From Octopus bimaculoides (Eukaryota): DNA of 64,000 nt. The translations under genes and the position numbers were made by a program. Location of the stretch: the NCBI RefSeq assembly GCF_001194135.2, contig NC_068984.1, positions 53,908,519 to 53,972,518 of the forward strand, in the 5' to 3' direction. Under the pieces are notes generated by a model. That model was given only the letters and a program-made list of their open reading frames with translations, did no database searches and was not told the origin of the DNA. Below, piece by piece: positions 1 through 12,107 of the stretch (the first letter of the stretch is position 1; every line of letters starts with the position of its first letter).

Positions 1-245
1 AAATAAGTTGTGGCATTGATAGCTCCAGAACCCATGTTTAGATTTTACTCAAATTTGTTTTAAATGAAGGATCTTAGGTAGGTCTATGAAATGTCATTAA
101 TTGATATAATGTGGACATAAAAATGAAGATAATGATGCTGATGATGACGATGATTGTGTTCTCTAGTTATCATTAGGTGTCTAATTCCCGAAAATCAATG
201 TACATAGTAACAGATTGTATTCAGACTGGGAACCTTTATTTCTCA

Positions 246-382
246 TGCTGAATCTCCGAGAACTGCGTTAAGGGTACACGTGTCTGTGGAGTGCTCAGCC
301 TGATGCACTTTAATTTCATGAACAGGCTGTTCCACTGCTCAGATCAACTGGAACTCTTGCCATCGTAACTGACGGAGTACCA
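246..382 (+). mobile_element. SINE family A, 3' fragment
   Basis: Matches the 3' half of the full copy at 852-1231 (gagaactgcgttaagggtacacgtgtctgtggagtgctcagcc...gacggagtacca). Confidence 0.85.
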
Positions 383-818
383 TATATATGTATGTATGTA
401 TATATATATGTATGTACATAGACACACACACACACACACACACATGTATGTGCTTAGTTGAATGGTTTGAAAACTTATAAGATTTCAACACTATCAATGA
501 CATTGTTGAAGTAAATTTCTCTTAAGTTACACATTTTCTTTTTCATATTTCAATCAAACTATTAACTCTATTTAACCAATCTATATTGTTGGTGTATCAA
601 GGTATCAAAGGTTTGTTTGTTTCTTACAATGAAAACAAAACACAAAGCAAACATTTTTCCAAGGTTACCTTCAATTTAACAGTCACACCTTCCTACCTAT
701 TTGTTTGTTAAAGGAAAAGTTCATTGTGTGTGTGTATGTGCGTAATCTTAACTTGTGTTCATGTAAAATCAGAAATATGTGTTTGAGTTTGTTTATCTAT
801 CTATCTGTCTATATTTGC

Positions 819-850
<32 letters not shown>

Positions 851-851
851 T

Positions 852-1231
852 TGTGGAGGTGCAATGGCCCACTGGTTAGAGCAGTGGACTTGCGGTCATA
901 GGATCATGGTTTCAATTCCCAGACCGGGCGTTGTGAGTGTTCATTGAGTGAAAACACCTAAAAGCTCCACGAGGCTCCGGCAGGGGATGGTGGCGAACCC
1001 TGCTGTACTCTTTCACCACAACTTTCTCTCACTCTTTCTTCCTGTTTCTGTTGTACCTGTATTTCAAAGGGCCAGCCTTATCACAGTCTGTGTCACACTG
1101 AATCTCCCCGAGAACTACATTAAGGGCACATGTGTCTGTGGAGTGCTCAGCCACTTGCACGTTAATTTCATGAGCAGGCTGTTCCGTTGATCAGATCAAC
1201 TGGAACCCTTGTCATAATTGACAGAGTGCCA
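852..1231 (+). mobile_element. tRNA-derived SINE family A, full length
   Basis: tRNA-like head with A box (TGGCCCACTGG) and B box (GGTTTCAATTCC), then a non-tRNA body. Near-identical copy at 46306-46574; 3' module shared with 246-382, 16565-16871 and 45193-45500. Confidence 0.9.
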
Positions 1232-1328
1232 CGAGCAAGCATGTATATATTTATATGTATCTAATTATATGTGTATGTATGCATATTTATACATATATAT
1301 ACGTGTGTGTGTGTGTGTATATATACAT

Positions 1329-1690
1329 AGGTGCAAGCATGGCAAGAAGTTTGCTTCCCAACCACATGGCTCTGGGTTCAGTCAGTGTCTTTTGCTATAG
1401 CTTCAGGCTGACCTATAGCTTCAGGCCTTGTGGGTAGATTTGGTAGACAAAACTGAAAGAATCCCATTGTGTGTGTGTGTGTGTGTATCTTTGTGTCTGT
1501 GTTTGCCTGCCACCACTGCTTGACAACTGGTGTTGATGTGTTTACATTCCTGCAATTTGGGAGTTTGGCAAAAGAGACAATAGGTACTAGGCTTAAAAAA
1601 AGTCTTTGACTAAAACTGTTCAAGGCAGTGTCTCATCATAGCTGTAGTTTAATGAATGAAATGAGTAAAAGATAGTAGATAAAAGATATG
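1329..1690 (+). mobile_element. SINE family B, degenerate copy
   Basis: Aligns by eye to the young copy at 2242-2654: head, internal (TG)n, and tail with gtaaaagata repeats. Confidence 0.8.
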
Positions 1691-1707
1691 TACATTTGTA
1701 TACATAT

Positions 1708-1854
1708 GCATGTGTGGTAGGAAGTTTGCTTCCCAACCACATAGTTTCTGCTTCAATCCCATTGTGTGGCACCTTGGGCAACTATCTTGTACTATATAGC
1801 CTTGGCCAAACAAAGCCTTGTGAGCGGATTTGGCAGATGGAAGCCTGTCATCTT

Positions 1855-1897
<43 letters not shown>

Positions 1898-2039
1898 TTC
1901 TCTCTTTCTCATATGTGTGTATGTGTTTGTCCCTCACCACTGCTTAACAACCAGTGTTTGTGAGTTTATGCCCCTGTAATCTAGCAGTTTGGTAGACGTG
2001 ACCAATAGAATAAGTACTAGGCTTAAAAAATAAGTACTG
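1708..2039 (+). mobile_element. SINE family B, degenerate copy
   Basis: Contains ggcaccttgggcaa and caaagccttgtgag...gatttggcagatgg, with an internal (TCTG)/(TC) microsatellite. Confidence 0.8.
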
Positions 2040-2132
2040 TATGTATGTATGTGTGTGTGTATATATATGTATGTATATATGTATATATACATGTATGTAT
2101 GTATATATATGTATATATGTGTATGTATACAC

Positions 2133-2176
<44 letters not shown>

Positions 2177-2241
2177 ATATACATATATATATGGATGCAT
2201 GCATGTATATATGTGCGTGTTTTTGCGTATGTATTATGTAT

Positions 2242-2654
2242 GTAGGCGCAGGAGTGGCTGTGTGGTAAGTAGCTTGTTTACCAACCACATGGTTCCAGGT
2301 TTAGTCCCACTGCGTGGCACCTTGTGCAAGTGTCTTCTACAATAGCTTCGGGCCGACCAAAGCCTTGTGAGTTGATTTGGTAGACGGAAACTGAAAGAAG
2401 CCTGTCGTATATATGTATACATATGTATGTATGTATGTATGTATGTATGTGTCTGTGTTTGTCCCCCAACATCGCTTGACAATCGATGCTGGTGTGTTGA
2501 CGTCCCCGTCAACTTGCTGTTCGGCAAAAGAGACCGATAGGATAAGTATTAGGCTTACCAAGAATAAGTCCTGGGGTCGATTTCTTCGACTAAAGGCGGT
2601 GCTCCAGCATGGCCGCAGTCAAATGATTGAAACAAGTAAAAGAGTAAAAGAGTA
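2242..2654 (+). mobile_element. tRNA-derived SINE family B, young full-length copy with internal microsatellite
   Basis: Head gtaggcgcaggagtggctgtgtggtaag; CORE-like segment ggcaccttgtgcaagtgtctt; internal (TATG)n; tail ggcggtgctccagcatggccgcagtc...(gtaaaaga)n. CpGs retained. More than 15 relatives in the window. Confidence 0.92.
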
Positions 2655-2749
2655 TGCGTGCTTGTTTCTGCGTATGTGTGTGTAATATATTTGTGTATGT
2701 ATACACACACGCATTACATAGAGATGTGTTTACTTAACTACATGAGAAC

Positions 2750-4900
2750 ATACGCTGGTTACACAATTGATATAAAATTAAAGGGTGAATGATATTTAAT
2801 CGACTCTTACATAGCAACGTAGTAGTGTTTGTATAAGAAAAGAAGAGACTTTTAACCCACTCGTATTCGTATACTCGTACATGTATTCACTGACAATTAC
2901 TTCCCCTGTTACAAACATTGAGAGTTCCATCCCCTTCAGTGCCTGTTTAATTCGGTTGGCAGTTCATTGTGGGGAGCAAGTCTTGGACAAATCAATGAAG
3001 CGAACAGAAAACAAAATCAACACATCAAGGAAGAAAAGACAAACAAAAATTATCTCTCTTCCCGGCCGATAAATCAATCATTCAGTCTATTATAAAGAGA
3101 GAAGAAAAGATATTTGTAATAAAAACAGTTGTTTAAACAACAGTGATGTTTAATCAATAACATATCTCTGAGAGATTTAGAAATATTATATTTCTAATAT
3201 CAGTAATGTTTTCAATGAAAGAATGATTGCTGTTGTATTGAAATGGAGGAATAGTAATCATTTTATTATTATTGTTCAAAATTTATATTCGCCCAGATTT
3301 TATTAGTCACTCAACGAATTTTGTCTTGGGACCTACAGCTATATGATATGGAAGTAACATAGTTAAGTACAAAACGACGCAATAAACCCTAAAATTTTAG
3401 TTGTTCAGTAATTGTCACAATTTCGTCTGAAAGCTACGTGTTGCCGTTGATACCTTCAGAAACAAACCTACGTAGGAGCCTTCATGTAGTTGGTCGGTTT
3501 GTTATAAATAGCAGTAAAGTCTCCCTCAAAGATTCCCAGATGCGCTGTATAATTTAAGTATGTTCGCGTGCTTTTTAATTTTATTCGTTTACCTATTTCT
3601 GTTTGTTTTTAACCATATCCTTACTACTTTGAAACCCATGTTCTTTTTCGATAAATACTGTTTATATTAGTCGCTGATATGCAAAACGGTAAGATGATTA
3701 CAACCATGATCATAGACTGTTTGATTATGTCTAACCTGTAACTAAATAGCATCAACATCAAACATTAAGAAAACAAACATATTCTTTCTTTAGTACCTGC
3801 ACGAATGCTGAATTCTCTTCGACAGCTGGCTTACACATTTTTTGTATTGGTCACAGTTTAATAAGTGTATCACTGCAAATCTGAGGGTGTGCTATTGAAT
3901 AGTGAAGGGACAGTGCCATAATCAACTTGTCTTTTTGTTATTATCTAAAAAGTTTACTGTATGTATGTATGTATGTATGTGTGCATGCATGCATGTGTGC
4001 ATGCATGCATGAACTAAAGTGCCGTATCAAATGCGCTGTAAGAAGAAATATTTAACATTTCGGACAGAGATTTCGTCGAAGGTGTAATACTAATTAGATG
4101 TGAGAAATGAGACGAGAGGAAGATAACATGATTTACTGCACAGTCTGAAGCAGGGAAAGGAATACTAAATCGGAAATAAGGGGTTAAAAGAAATTCAGAA
4201 AGGATGGTTTTGGCAGTTTGTTTATGTTGTTGTTAGGACGGTGTAGCGTAGTGAGGAGAATAGGATGAGATGTGATTACGTCTTCGAAAAACTGAGATCA
4301 ATATTTCGCAGGATTCATCAGGGTTTGTAAATTTTATTCTATATCAAGCAAAAATAATCGATATAAATAGTTTTGAGTTTGTTTCTGAAAGAACAACGGC
4401 ATTTGTGAGAGTCAAGAATTATGCTACTCGTTATATGGATGATGCGTGGCCAAAAAACATTTAATAAAATGGAGAAAAGTGGTTGATGATTATGATTATA
4501 GTAGTGGCAGTGTTAGTGATGATAACTTTACTGTATACAGCGCCTTTTTAGTCTAAAGATAGTGAAAGGATATTGATATACTTTAACGGGCTGAATTTAC
4601 AATACGATTATTAATATATTTTACGAATTGAAAAATGAAGTGATTGTAGCGAGCTGAAAATATAAGCTTAGGAGTGCGGAAAATAAGGTAAGGGAGAGGA
4701 GAGACGGAGGGAGAATAAAACGAAACAAAATAGAAACAGAAAACAACAATAGCAAAGAGAAATAACGAAGAGAAGACAAAAGTACTCTTCGAGTGGTGGT
4801 GAAACAGAGTAAGAGAATAACTGAGATAAGAGAGAGAAAGGTATGTGTGAGTGAAGAGGAAGAGTACATCGAAAGAGTTATGGAACGGTATGAGCCCCGA
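2750..4900. promoter_or_regulatory. CpG-retaining, promoter-like unique region
   Basis: CpGs are frequent here and visibly scarce in old DNA after about 4900. Candidate donors AG|GTAAGG (GT at 4688) and AAG|GTATGT (GT at 4841). Function is inferred only. Confidence 0.35.
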
Positions 4901-5342
4901 AAGAAAATAGATTTAGGTCTTGTCTTTGTTTAGCTACATGTCAGCCCAAATCAACCCAATGCATTCAAGATCAAGATCAAATTCATTCAAGTTGTAGCCA
5001 TACTATGGCTATCTAAGAGTAAATTATCTAATGTGCCCATGAGTAGGAATTTCAGAGGAATAGCTTTTGATATTCTAGAAAAACTGCCCTTGTTCCAGAG
5101 GGCACATGCGTAGTTATATGTTTTACAATGCCTGTTTATCCATAAAGAGATTATTTCCCTGTCACATTCCACCAGTGGGACTGAATCTGGAATCATGTAG
5201 TTGGAAAGCAAACTTATCACATGGCCATGCCTGAAGGAGTATAGTTAATTTGAAAAATTCCACTACTTGTCTAGTATTTAGCATTAATTACCAACCTCAG
5301 AAAGATGAAAGCTAAAGTTGATCTTGGAGAGATCTGAAGACA

Positions 5343-6161
5343 TTGTGTTGAGTCAAAAGATTTGCAATATTTCTGTAACTTGCTTTATTCATCAAATTAC
5401 AAAAAAAAGTAGCCTAGCATTCAAAGTAGAGGCCATCATGTTATACTGTCTGAAGCCACCTTTCTGCCAGTTCTTGTCCTTCAAGGTGAAGAACTCCATT
5501 GAAGTTTACACTCCACTTTGTTGATGAAGTGTTGTGAGTGCAGGAAGTGAGCCATGGATCAGAACAAGTCAAAAACTAAGGGGGCTAGGTTTGGATTATA
5601 TGCTAGGTGTGGCATCAGTTCAATTCTCTCATGTTCCTGTTGTTTACTCCAGGTCGTTTGAGCAGTATGAAGTCTTGCATTATTTTGTTGCAGAAGAGCT
5701 GGCTTTCTATTAACTAATGCCAGGTATTTTTCCACACAATGGCATTGATGGTTCAGCCATCCAGAATGAACTTTTTGTGAATTATTCCCTTATGATTCCA
5801 CCAGACGTAAAGCACCACCTTGTGTTTGAAACACCTATGTTTGGCAACAGGCTCCAAAAGCTGGCTCTTGCTTAATCACTGCTTATGCACATTAGGATTG
5901 CAGAAAAATATCTCCTTTGGATTATTACTTGTTCTGACCCATTGCTCAATTCCTCCACCCACAAAGCTTCCTCAACCAAGAGGAGGTTGAAGCTTCAGTG
6001 AAGTTCTCTACCTTGAAGGACAAGAACTGGTATCAGCATGGGATCAAAGAACTAGCAGAAAGATAGGTTGAGATGGTGCAACACAGGAACACAGTGGCTT
6101 CTGCTTTGAATGCTAAAGCAAAGAAGTTACCAAGATATTGCAAAACTTCGACTCAACAGAA
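5343..6161 (-). mobile_element. Non-autonomous mariner derivative with two inverted 3' arms
   Basis: TIRs ttgtgttgagtcaaaagatttgcaatat and atattgcaaaacttcgactcaacagaa, TA at 6162-6163. Minus strand (about 5918 to 5405) gives degenerate KVVLYVWW, QQNNARLHTA and AYNPNLAP (cf. YSPDLAP). Plus strand 5920-6161 repeats the C-terminal NQEEVEASVK...KDKNWYQHGIKELAER. Confidence 0.85.
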
Positions 6162-6467
6162 TAGAATGTTAAGGGATACATCTAAATATTGCTTCTGCTG
6201 ATTCTGCTATCCATTGCTGTTGTATATATTATTAAAATATATAAACAACCCATATAAATAACAAAGTTTAAATTTATAGGGTATGATAAGCTCTGTAATA
6301 TAAATGGTAGGCCCTTAGTATTCCTTGTGCCAACTATTTTTAATACTCCATTAATGCTTATAATAAAGGTAGAATATTATTAGCCCCTCTCATATTGTCA
6401 AGTTATTATGATTATCATATATTTGATAAAATTTATTGAACTGCATTAGCAATAAATATTTATCCTT

Positions 6468-6600
6468 TGACAAAATGCTTTGTGGTGCTAAGCTATTGCG
6501 CTTCACACTCTAAGTTCAAATCTTTCTGAAGTCAATTTTTTCTTTCTTCCTCGGTTGATGAAATAAAGTACCAGTCATTTACTGATGTTAATATATTCAA
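6468..6600 (+). mobile_element. SINE family C fragment
   Basis: gacaaaatgc...ctaagttcaaatc...aaataaagtaccagtc matches the family C copy at 30836-31051. Confidence 0.65.
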
Positions 6601-6947
6601 CTTTAAAACCTTGTGTCTCTCAGAAAGTGTTATATAAAGATAACCTTGTTTGCTCATAGAGAGAAATGGTCATAACAGTTGTACAATGGCATCTAGTTCT
6701 TGACTAAGTGTTATGATTTAGTTTTGAATACAAGTTTTCGAATGTTAATCTCTTAACTACTATTGGACTCTTACTAAAATTTACATACCAAATATCTTAA
6801 ATGTACATGATTAGAGTTCTGATCTTGTGACTTTTATATCTTAGTTGTTCACTCAGAGCTGATTGAGGCTATTCTACAAGAATAAAAAAAATTAAAATAT
6901 TTCAAGGTATGGTGAAATGCATTTGTTTTAGGATAAGAATGTGTCCT

Positions 6948-7290
6948 AGGCATAGCTGAGTGGTTAAGAACCTTGATTTGCACCTACATAATTTTGGGTT
7001 CTATTTGCTGTGCAACACCTTAGGCAAGCGTTTTCTACTATTGTCCCTGGTTGACCAATGCCTTGTGAATAAATTTGGGAGATGGAAACTGCATTGAAGC
7101 ATGTACACTTGATAACTGGTGTTGGTTTGTTTATGTCCCAGTAATGTAGCAATTTGGCAAAAGAGACTGATAGAATAAGTACCACACTTAGAAAACCTAA
7201 GTACTGGAGTTGATTTGTTTGACTTAAATCTTTCAAAGTGGTGCTCCAGCTTGGCTGCAGTCCAGTGACTGAAACAAGTAAAAGGTGAAA
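6948..7290 (+). mobile_element. SINE family B, old copy
   Basis: Family B head, body (gcaaaagagactgatagaataagtacc) and tail (gactgaaacaagtaaaagg). Confidence 0.82.
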
Positions 7291-10200
7291 AAATGGTACT
7301 GAGTCATTTTGGCTCCTTGTTTATAGGTCTGTTCTCTCTCATTGGAGTTTGTATTTAAAAAAAAAAATTGCTACTGATGTATATGATCTGTTGTTTATTT
7401 AAGTAAATGGTGTAATAAAATGTTTGTATATACACAGGTCATGGAACACTCTTTTCTCATTACTAGACATAAATTATAGGGCAATTTAACAGGAAATTTA
7501 AGTAACTATCAAATTGCTGGGTAGTTCAGTCTCCTACATTTCTAAACTTTGGAATGATTTTTATATCTAACTACTTTCAAAAGACAAGCAATAAGATATA
7601 CAACCCTTTTGGTACATAAACCGTTTGGCCTTAAATGTCAAAGAATGATTTGTAAGTAGTTAATCTCATTTTCTTAATAATGACTTACATAATAATTTCT
7701 ACCTTTCAAAGAGTAATAAATTTAACAGTAAAGTACTGTGGTTGTTGTAATTGTCATTCTAACAGTATTTTTGTATTCCCCTCATGCTATAATTTATATA
7801 GATCAGCCTAGTATTCTTTTAGGAGGTGGCTTTAGACTTTGGGTGTGGTTGGATACAAGGTAGAAGGGTGGTTGAGGTGGATTTGTTTGGCAGCAGAGGT
7901 TGGTTTGTGTTGGATAGCACAAAAGTTGGCTGGCAGCACTGAAGGAGGTATTGAGTAGGGCATTCCAATATGGTAGGGGGGGGGGGCAAAGCCTTGATGA
8001 GATTTGGCATACGGCTTATGGTCCCTCGGTGTTGACAGCAAGGAACTTTACTTTTGATATTTTCATTGGCCTGGCATTCTTTTCTTAAAACTTGTCATCA
8101 GCGAAATTTGAGAATCCTTTACAAATTTCATATCTATCCTTTAGGATTTATCTTCAATCCAATGGCAAGACCAAGTAAAGATGATTGAGGATGGAGACAG
8201 ATGCAGTGAGTGACCAAAATCTCTTACTCGTCTCATCTTGCTCTCTGCATTCCACAGTGCTAGCATGCTAATTAACCTGTAACTGGGATCCTGATTAGTG
8301 CTACTACTCCAAGTCAGAATAGACTTGAGAACAATAGTGCCCAAAAGTGAGTCCACACTCCTCAAAACCTTGAAACTCCTGAATCAGGGCCTCACTAGTG
8401 GATACAGTTTAGATTCATACCAAGACAAACTTGGGAAGAACTATTTAAAGGACTAATTTTGATTCCAGTATCTGGTTATTATTATTTTCAATATCTACTC
8501 CCACTGTTTTTTTTTTTATATAGCTTATCGAAAAGTAATAAGCAGCATTAGAATTACCTACATTTGTCTGACTGTTTGGCAGTAGTCAGATGAATATTAT
8601 TTCACCTGTTTTCCTTCTGATTATAAAACATTTTGATTCTAACAAGTTATCCAATGATATGGTTACATAAACTTTAATGAATTTCATTTCCATTCAAACT
8701 GTTTATTTGTCTGAACTAAAATGTTATTTTGACTTGGAGCTAACATCATGGGGCCATTATCATGGGGCTAACATTATTTAATGCAGTGATCCTTAACAAA
8801 AATTGTTTAATCAATTAAAATTATTCCTGTAATAATAAGGAATATCATTGGTGTTAATGATAAAACTTGCTAAGAAGTACAATGCAGATAAATATGAAAG
8901 CCAAACTGATTAAAAATTGAATGGTGGGGTGGCATGTTGTGAGGAGTAAGCCTGATTTTTCTGTTAAGTATGGTTACAACTTCAGTCATGTTTTGGTCTT
9001 ATCGAACTTCTTCAGGAAAGCATAATCTGTATCTACCAGATGTTGGAATAACAAATAGCATTGAATTTGAGGGGAAAAAAGGAAAAAAACATCATTACAT
9101 CGCTCACTCAGGTAATTGAAAATAATCAATGGGAAAATATCTCAGGATACCTTCTGCTTGGAGAATAAAAAGTTAGGTGGGAGGTGGATAATGTACTTAG
9201 TGTGGTGAGCCTTGCCCATCCCAATTTTTAATAATGTAAAATTCCACTAGTAATGAAATAATTTTTAGCATTAATGAAACCTCACATAAAGTAGGGCTAA
9301 GGGAGACAACTTGTTCTTATACAGATATTGATTGATTTTTGACATGGTACTAGGTTTCTCTTTGTTTGGAAAATTGATTGAAGTGTGTTCCTTGTATATT
9401 ACTTATTTTATGACTCCCTCTCTCCCTGCAAAGAGGACTTAAACTGACAACATGAAAGCGAAGTAAAACATTTAATCTAACACCCTGTTGTTTCTCTTAC
9501 CTATAGACAATAGACTATTTTATAACTAAGTATGAAAGTGTAATAATTTGATTTGAAGTCAGGAAAGTAAGAAATTGAACTAGACATAACACATTTTGAA
9601 CACAACCATCAACTACTGCTTGTTCTGTAATGTTGTTTCTCTTTTCATTTTGCAAGCAAATGATAACTGACTTCATTTTCAAACAAAGATGATATAATAA
9701 CTTGTTAAAAAAAAATTCACAATTGTTCTCTGTCACACATTTTTGCATAATACAATATAGAATATTGTTTTATTTTGTTGCTTATACACAGAAGTGTTCT
9801 TTTTTTAATCTTAAACCTCATTCTTAAATCTTTAACAATATGTTAGAATTAATATCATTAAATTTCACAGTTAGAGGTTTTGGTAATAGTACATACAGTG
9901 AATAATAGACTAAATGTTCCTCTTAGTCTTTGCTCAAAACCTCTATAAGTACCTGTAATTTTTGTGAAAAGAGAGAATTGATTTGACTAGCTAGTTCTTT
10001 GGCTACGTATTTTCTTCTGATGTGGGTGATGTCTTTTTTTTTTTTCTTCCTCCAGGCAAAATTATGACAGCATGTCATTAACTCTCATTAGATAATGAAA
10101 CAGGCAAGACCATCATGGATGGAATGCCTCTGATCGTAGGGTCGCTTGATTGAGGTTGATCTAGTGCTAAACAGCACATTAGTTTATGTTCTAAATCTGT

Positions 10201-10580
10201 ATGAATGACAAATTCTAATACCTTACACCCTTTCATGTAAGAGTTGAACTTTAGTCATCACATTTAAATTGGTAGATGTACGCACACAAAGACACATCTT
10301 TTTATTGTTTGTGAAATGATCTGTTTGTTAGTATGCAACAGTTAAAGAACCAAAGGTTACTAAGTTACAGAAGTAAAGGTTATTAAAGGCTATTTTAGAT
10401 AATTTAGTTGGATGCAGATATGGAAAGTGTGGATGAGAAGTTGTTTACACAAGTGAGTTTCCATGTTTGATACCAATGTGTGGCACCTTACGTAAATATT
10501 TGCTCCCTTAATCGCTGGTTAACCAATGACTTGAGAGTGAAATTTGGTTGGCATGCTCCATGTGGCAGTTCATTATCTGT

Positions 10581-10626
<46 letters not shown>

Positions 10627-10628
<2 letters not shown>

Positions 10629-10762
10629 CTGTTACTTGTTTCATTCATTTGACTGCGGTTATGCTGGAGACTGCCTTAGCTGAACTGCTAAGTTATAGNN
10701 NNNNNNNNTAAACAAACCAACACTGGTTCTCAAACGGTGGTGGGAAGACAAACAGATACAAA

Positions 10763-10826
<64 letters not shown>

Positions 10827-10985
10827 CACATTTAAAAATTTCTTTCAGTTTTTGTCTATCAGACTTACTCATAAGGCTTTGGTCAGCCCAAGACTACAGT
10901 AGAAGACACCCGAGGTGCTACACACTGGGACTGAACCTGGAACCATGTGGTTGTGAAGCAAACTTCTTATCTCACAGCCATGCCT
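10627..10985 (-). mobile_element. SINE family B with internal (CA)n
   Basis: Reverse complement of family B tail, body and head; interrupted by a 10-N gap. Confidence 0.82.
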
Positions 10986-11174
10986 CAATAAACTACGCGT
11001 ATGGCAAGAGAAGTAAACTTCTAACTTTGGAAATAGAAGACTAAATTCATTAAATGACACAGGTAAGGAACACTTACATTCAGAACTCTGAGTTTCTTGA
11101 TAGTGATGTATTCAATAAATACTCACTATCTAGAAATTCAGAATTCTCAATGTAAGGCTGTTTCTTGGATTCTG

Positions 11175-11335
11175 TGGCATATACCTCCTCACCTGGACAT
11201 GATGCTAGTCCATTGCAAGGTTTCTCATTTTTACCAGCTGACTGGACTGGAGCAACATGAAATGAAGTGTTTTGCTCAAGAACACAATGCATTGCCTGGC
11301 CCAGGAATCAAAACCACAATCTTGCAATCATGAGT
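11175..11335 (-). mobile_element. tRNA-derived SINE with V-domain-like module
   Basis: Reverse complement reads gttttgattcctggg...tgtgttcttgagcaaaacacttcatttcatgttgctccagtcc...ccttgcaatggactagcatcatgtccagg; related copy at 57615-57843. The V-domain label is from recall. Confidence 0.7.
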
Positions 11336-11356
11336 TCATGCATGTGTCATCATATT

Positions 11357-11424
<68 letters not shown>

Positions 11425-11427
11425 CAC

Positions 11428-11616
11428 ACATTAAATAAAATATTTAGTAATGTTCATAAAGTTCAATAGAACATAGCCGATCGATATATATATATATATA
11501 TATATAATTTAATTTATATAAGGGCATCGATCGATATATATATATATCGATATATATCATCGGTCGGCTATGTTCTATTGAACTTTATGAACATTACTAA
11601 ATATTTTATTTAATGT
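11428..11616. repeat. Perfect 53-bp inverted repeat around a (TA)n-containing spacer
   Basis: 11428-11480 is the exact reverse complement of 11564-11616; 83-bp spacer with (TA)n and tcgatcgat. Confidence 0.95.
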
Positions 11617-11763
11617 TTAACACACTTCGGCATTGTAAAAAAAATTATTAAAATACAATAATAAAAAAACGTGAAAACCAGACCATATTGTAACTTTATT
11701 CAACTGATATATTATTCTATACACATCATCATCATCATCTACACAAATTTGGAAAAAAATATA

Positions 11764-12107
11764 TGAGTGGCTGTGTGGTAGCTAGCTTGCTTACCAATCA
11801 CATGGTTCTGGGTTCAGTGGCACTTTGGACAAGTGTCTTCTACTATAATCTCGGGCCGATCAAAGCCTTGTGAGTGGATTTTGTAGATAGAAACTGAAAG
11901 AAGCCTGTTGTATATGCATATGTGTGTGTATATGTTTGTGTGTCTGTATTTGTCCCCCCAACATCACTTGACAACTGATGCTGGTGTGTTTATGTCCCCA
12001 TAACTTAGTGATTCAGCAAAATAGATGGATAGAATAAGTACTGGGGTCGATTTGCTCCAGCATGGCCACAGTCAAATGACTGAAACAAATAAAAGAATAA
12101 AAGAATA
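11764..12107 (+). mobile_element. SINE family B
   Basis: Head gagtggctgtgtggtag, body, and tail gactgaaacaaataaaagaataaaagaata. Confidence 0.88.

Noticed and set aside
852-930. tRNA genes at the SINE heads (also 25425, 46306, 53258)
   Set aside because: A and B boxes are present, but the cloverleaf is incomplete and each continues into a multi-copy SINE body.
4291-4330. Minus-strand CTGATGA...GAAA...ATC as a minimal hammerhead
   Set aside because: Stem II is unpaired and stem I cannot form (aaacc versus tcagt).
7823-7860. Plus-strand EVALDFGCGW resembling SAM-methyltransferase motif I after an AG
   Set aside because: The frame closes within about 40 codons, the only nearby donor (gtagaa) is weak, and no further methyltransferase motifs follow; likely chance.
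10020-10075. Strong-looking acceptor (T-run, cttcctccAG) as an exon start
   Set aside because: No donor or sustained open frame follows, and the sequence runs into a family D repeat.
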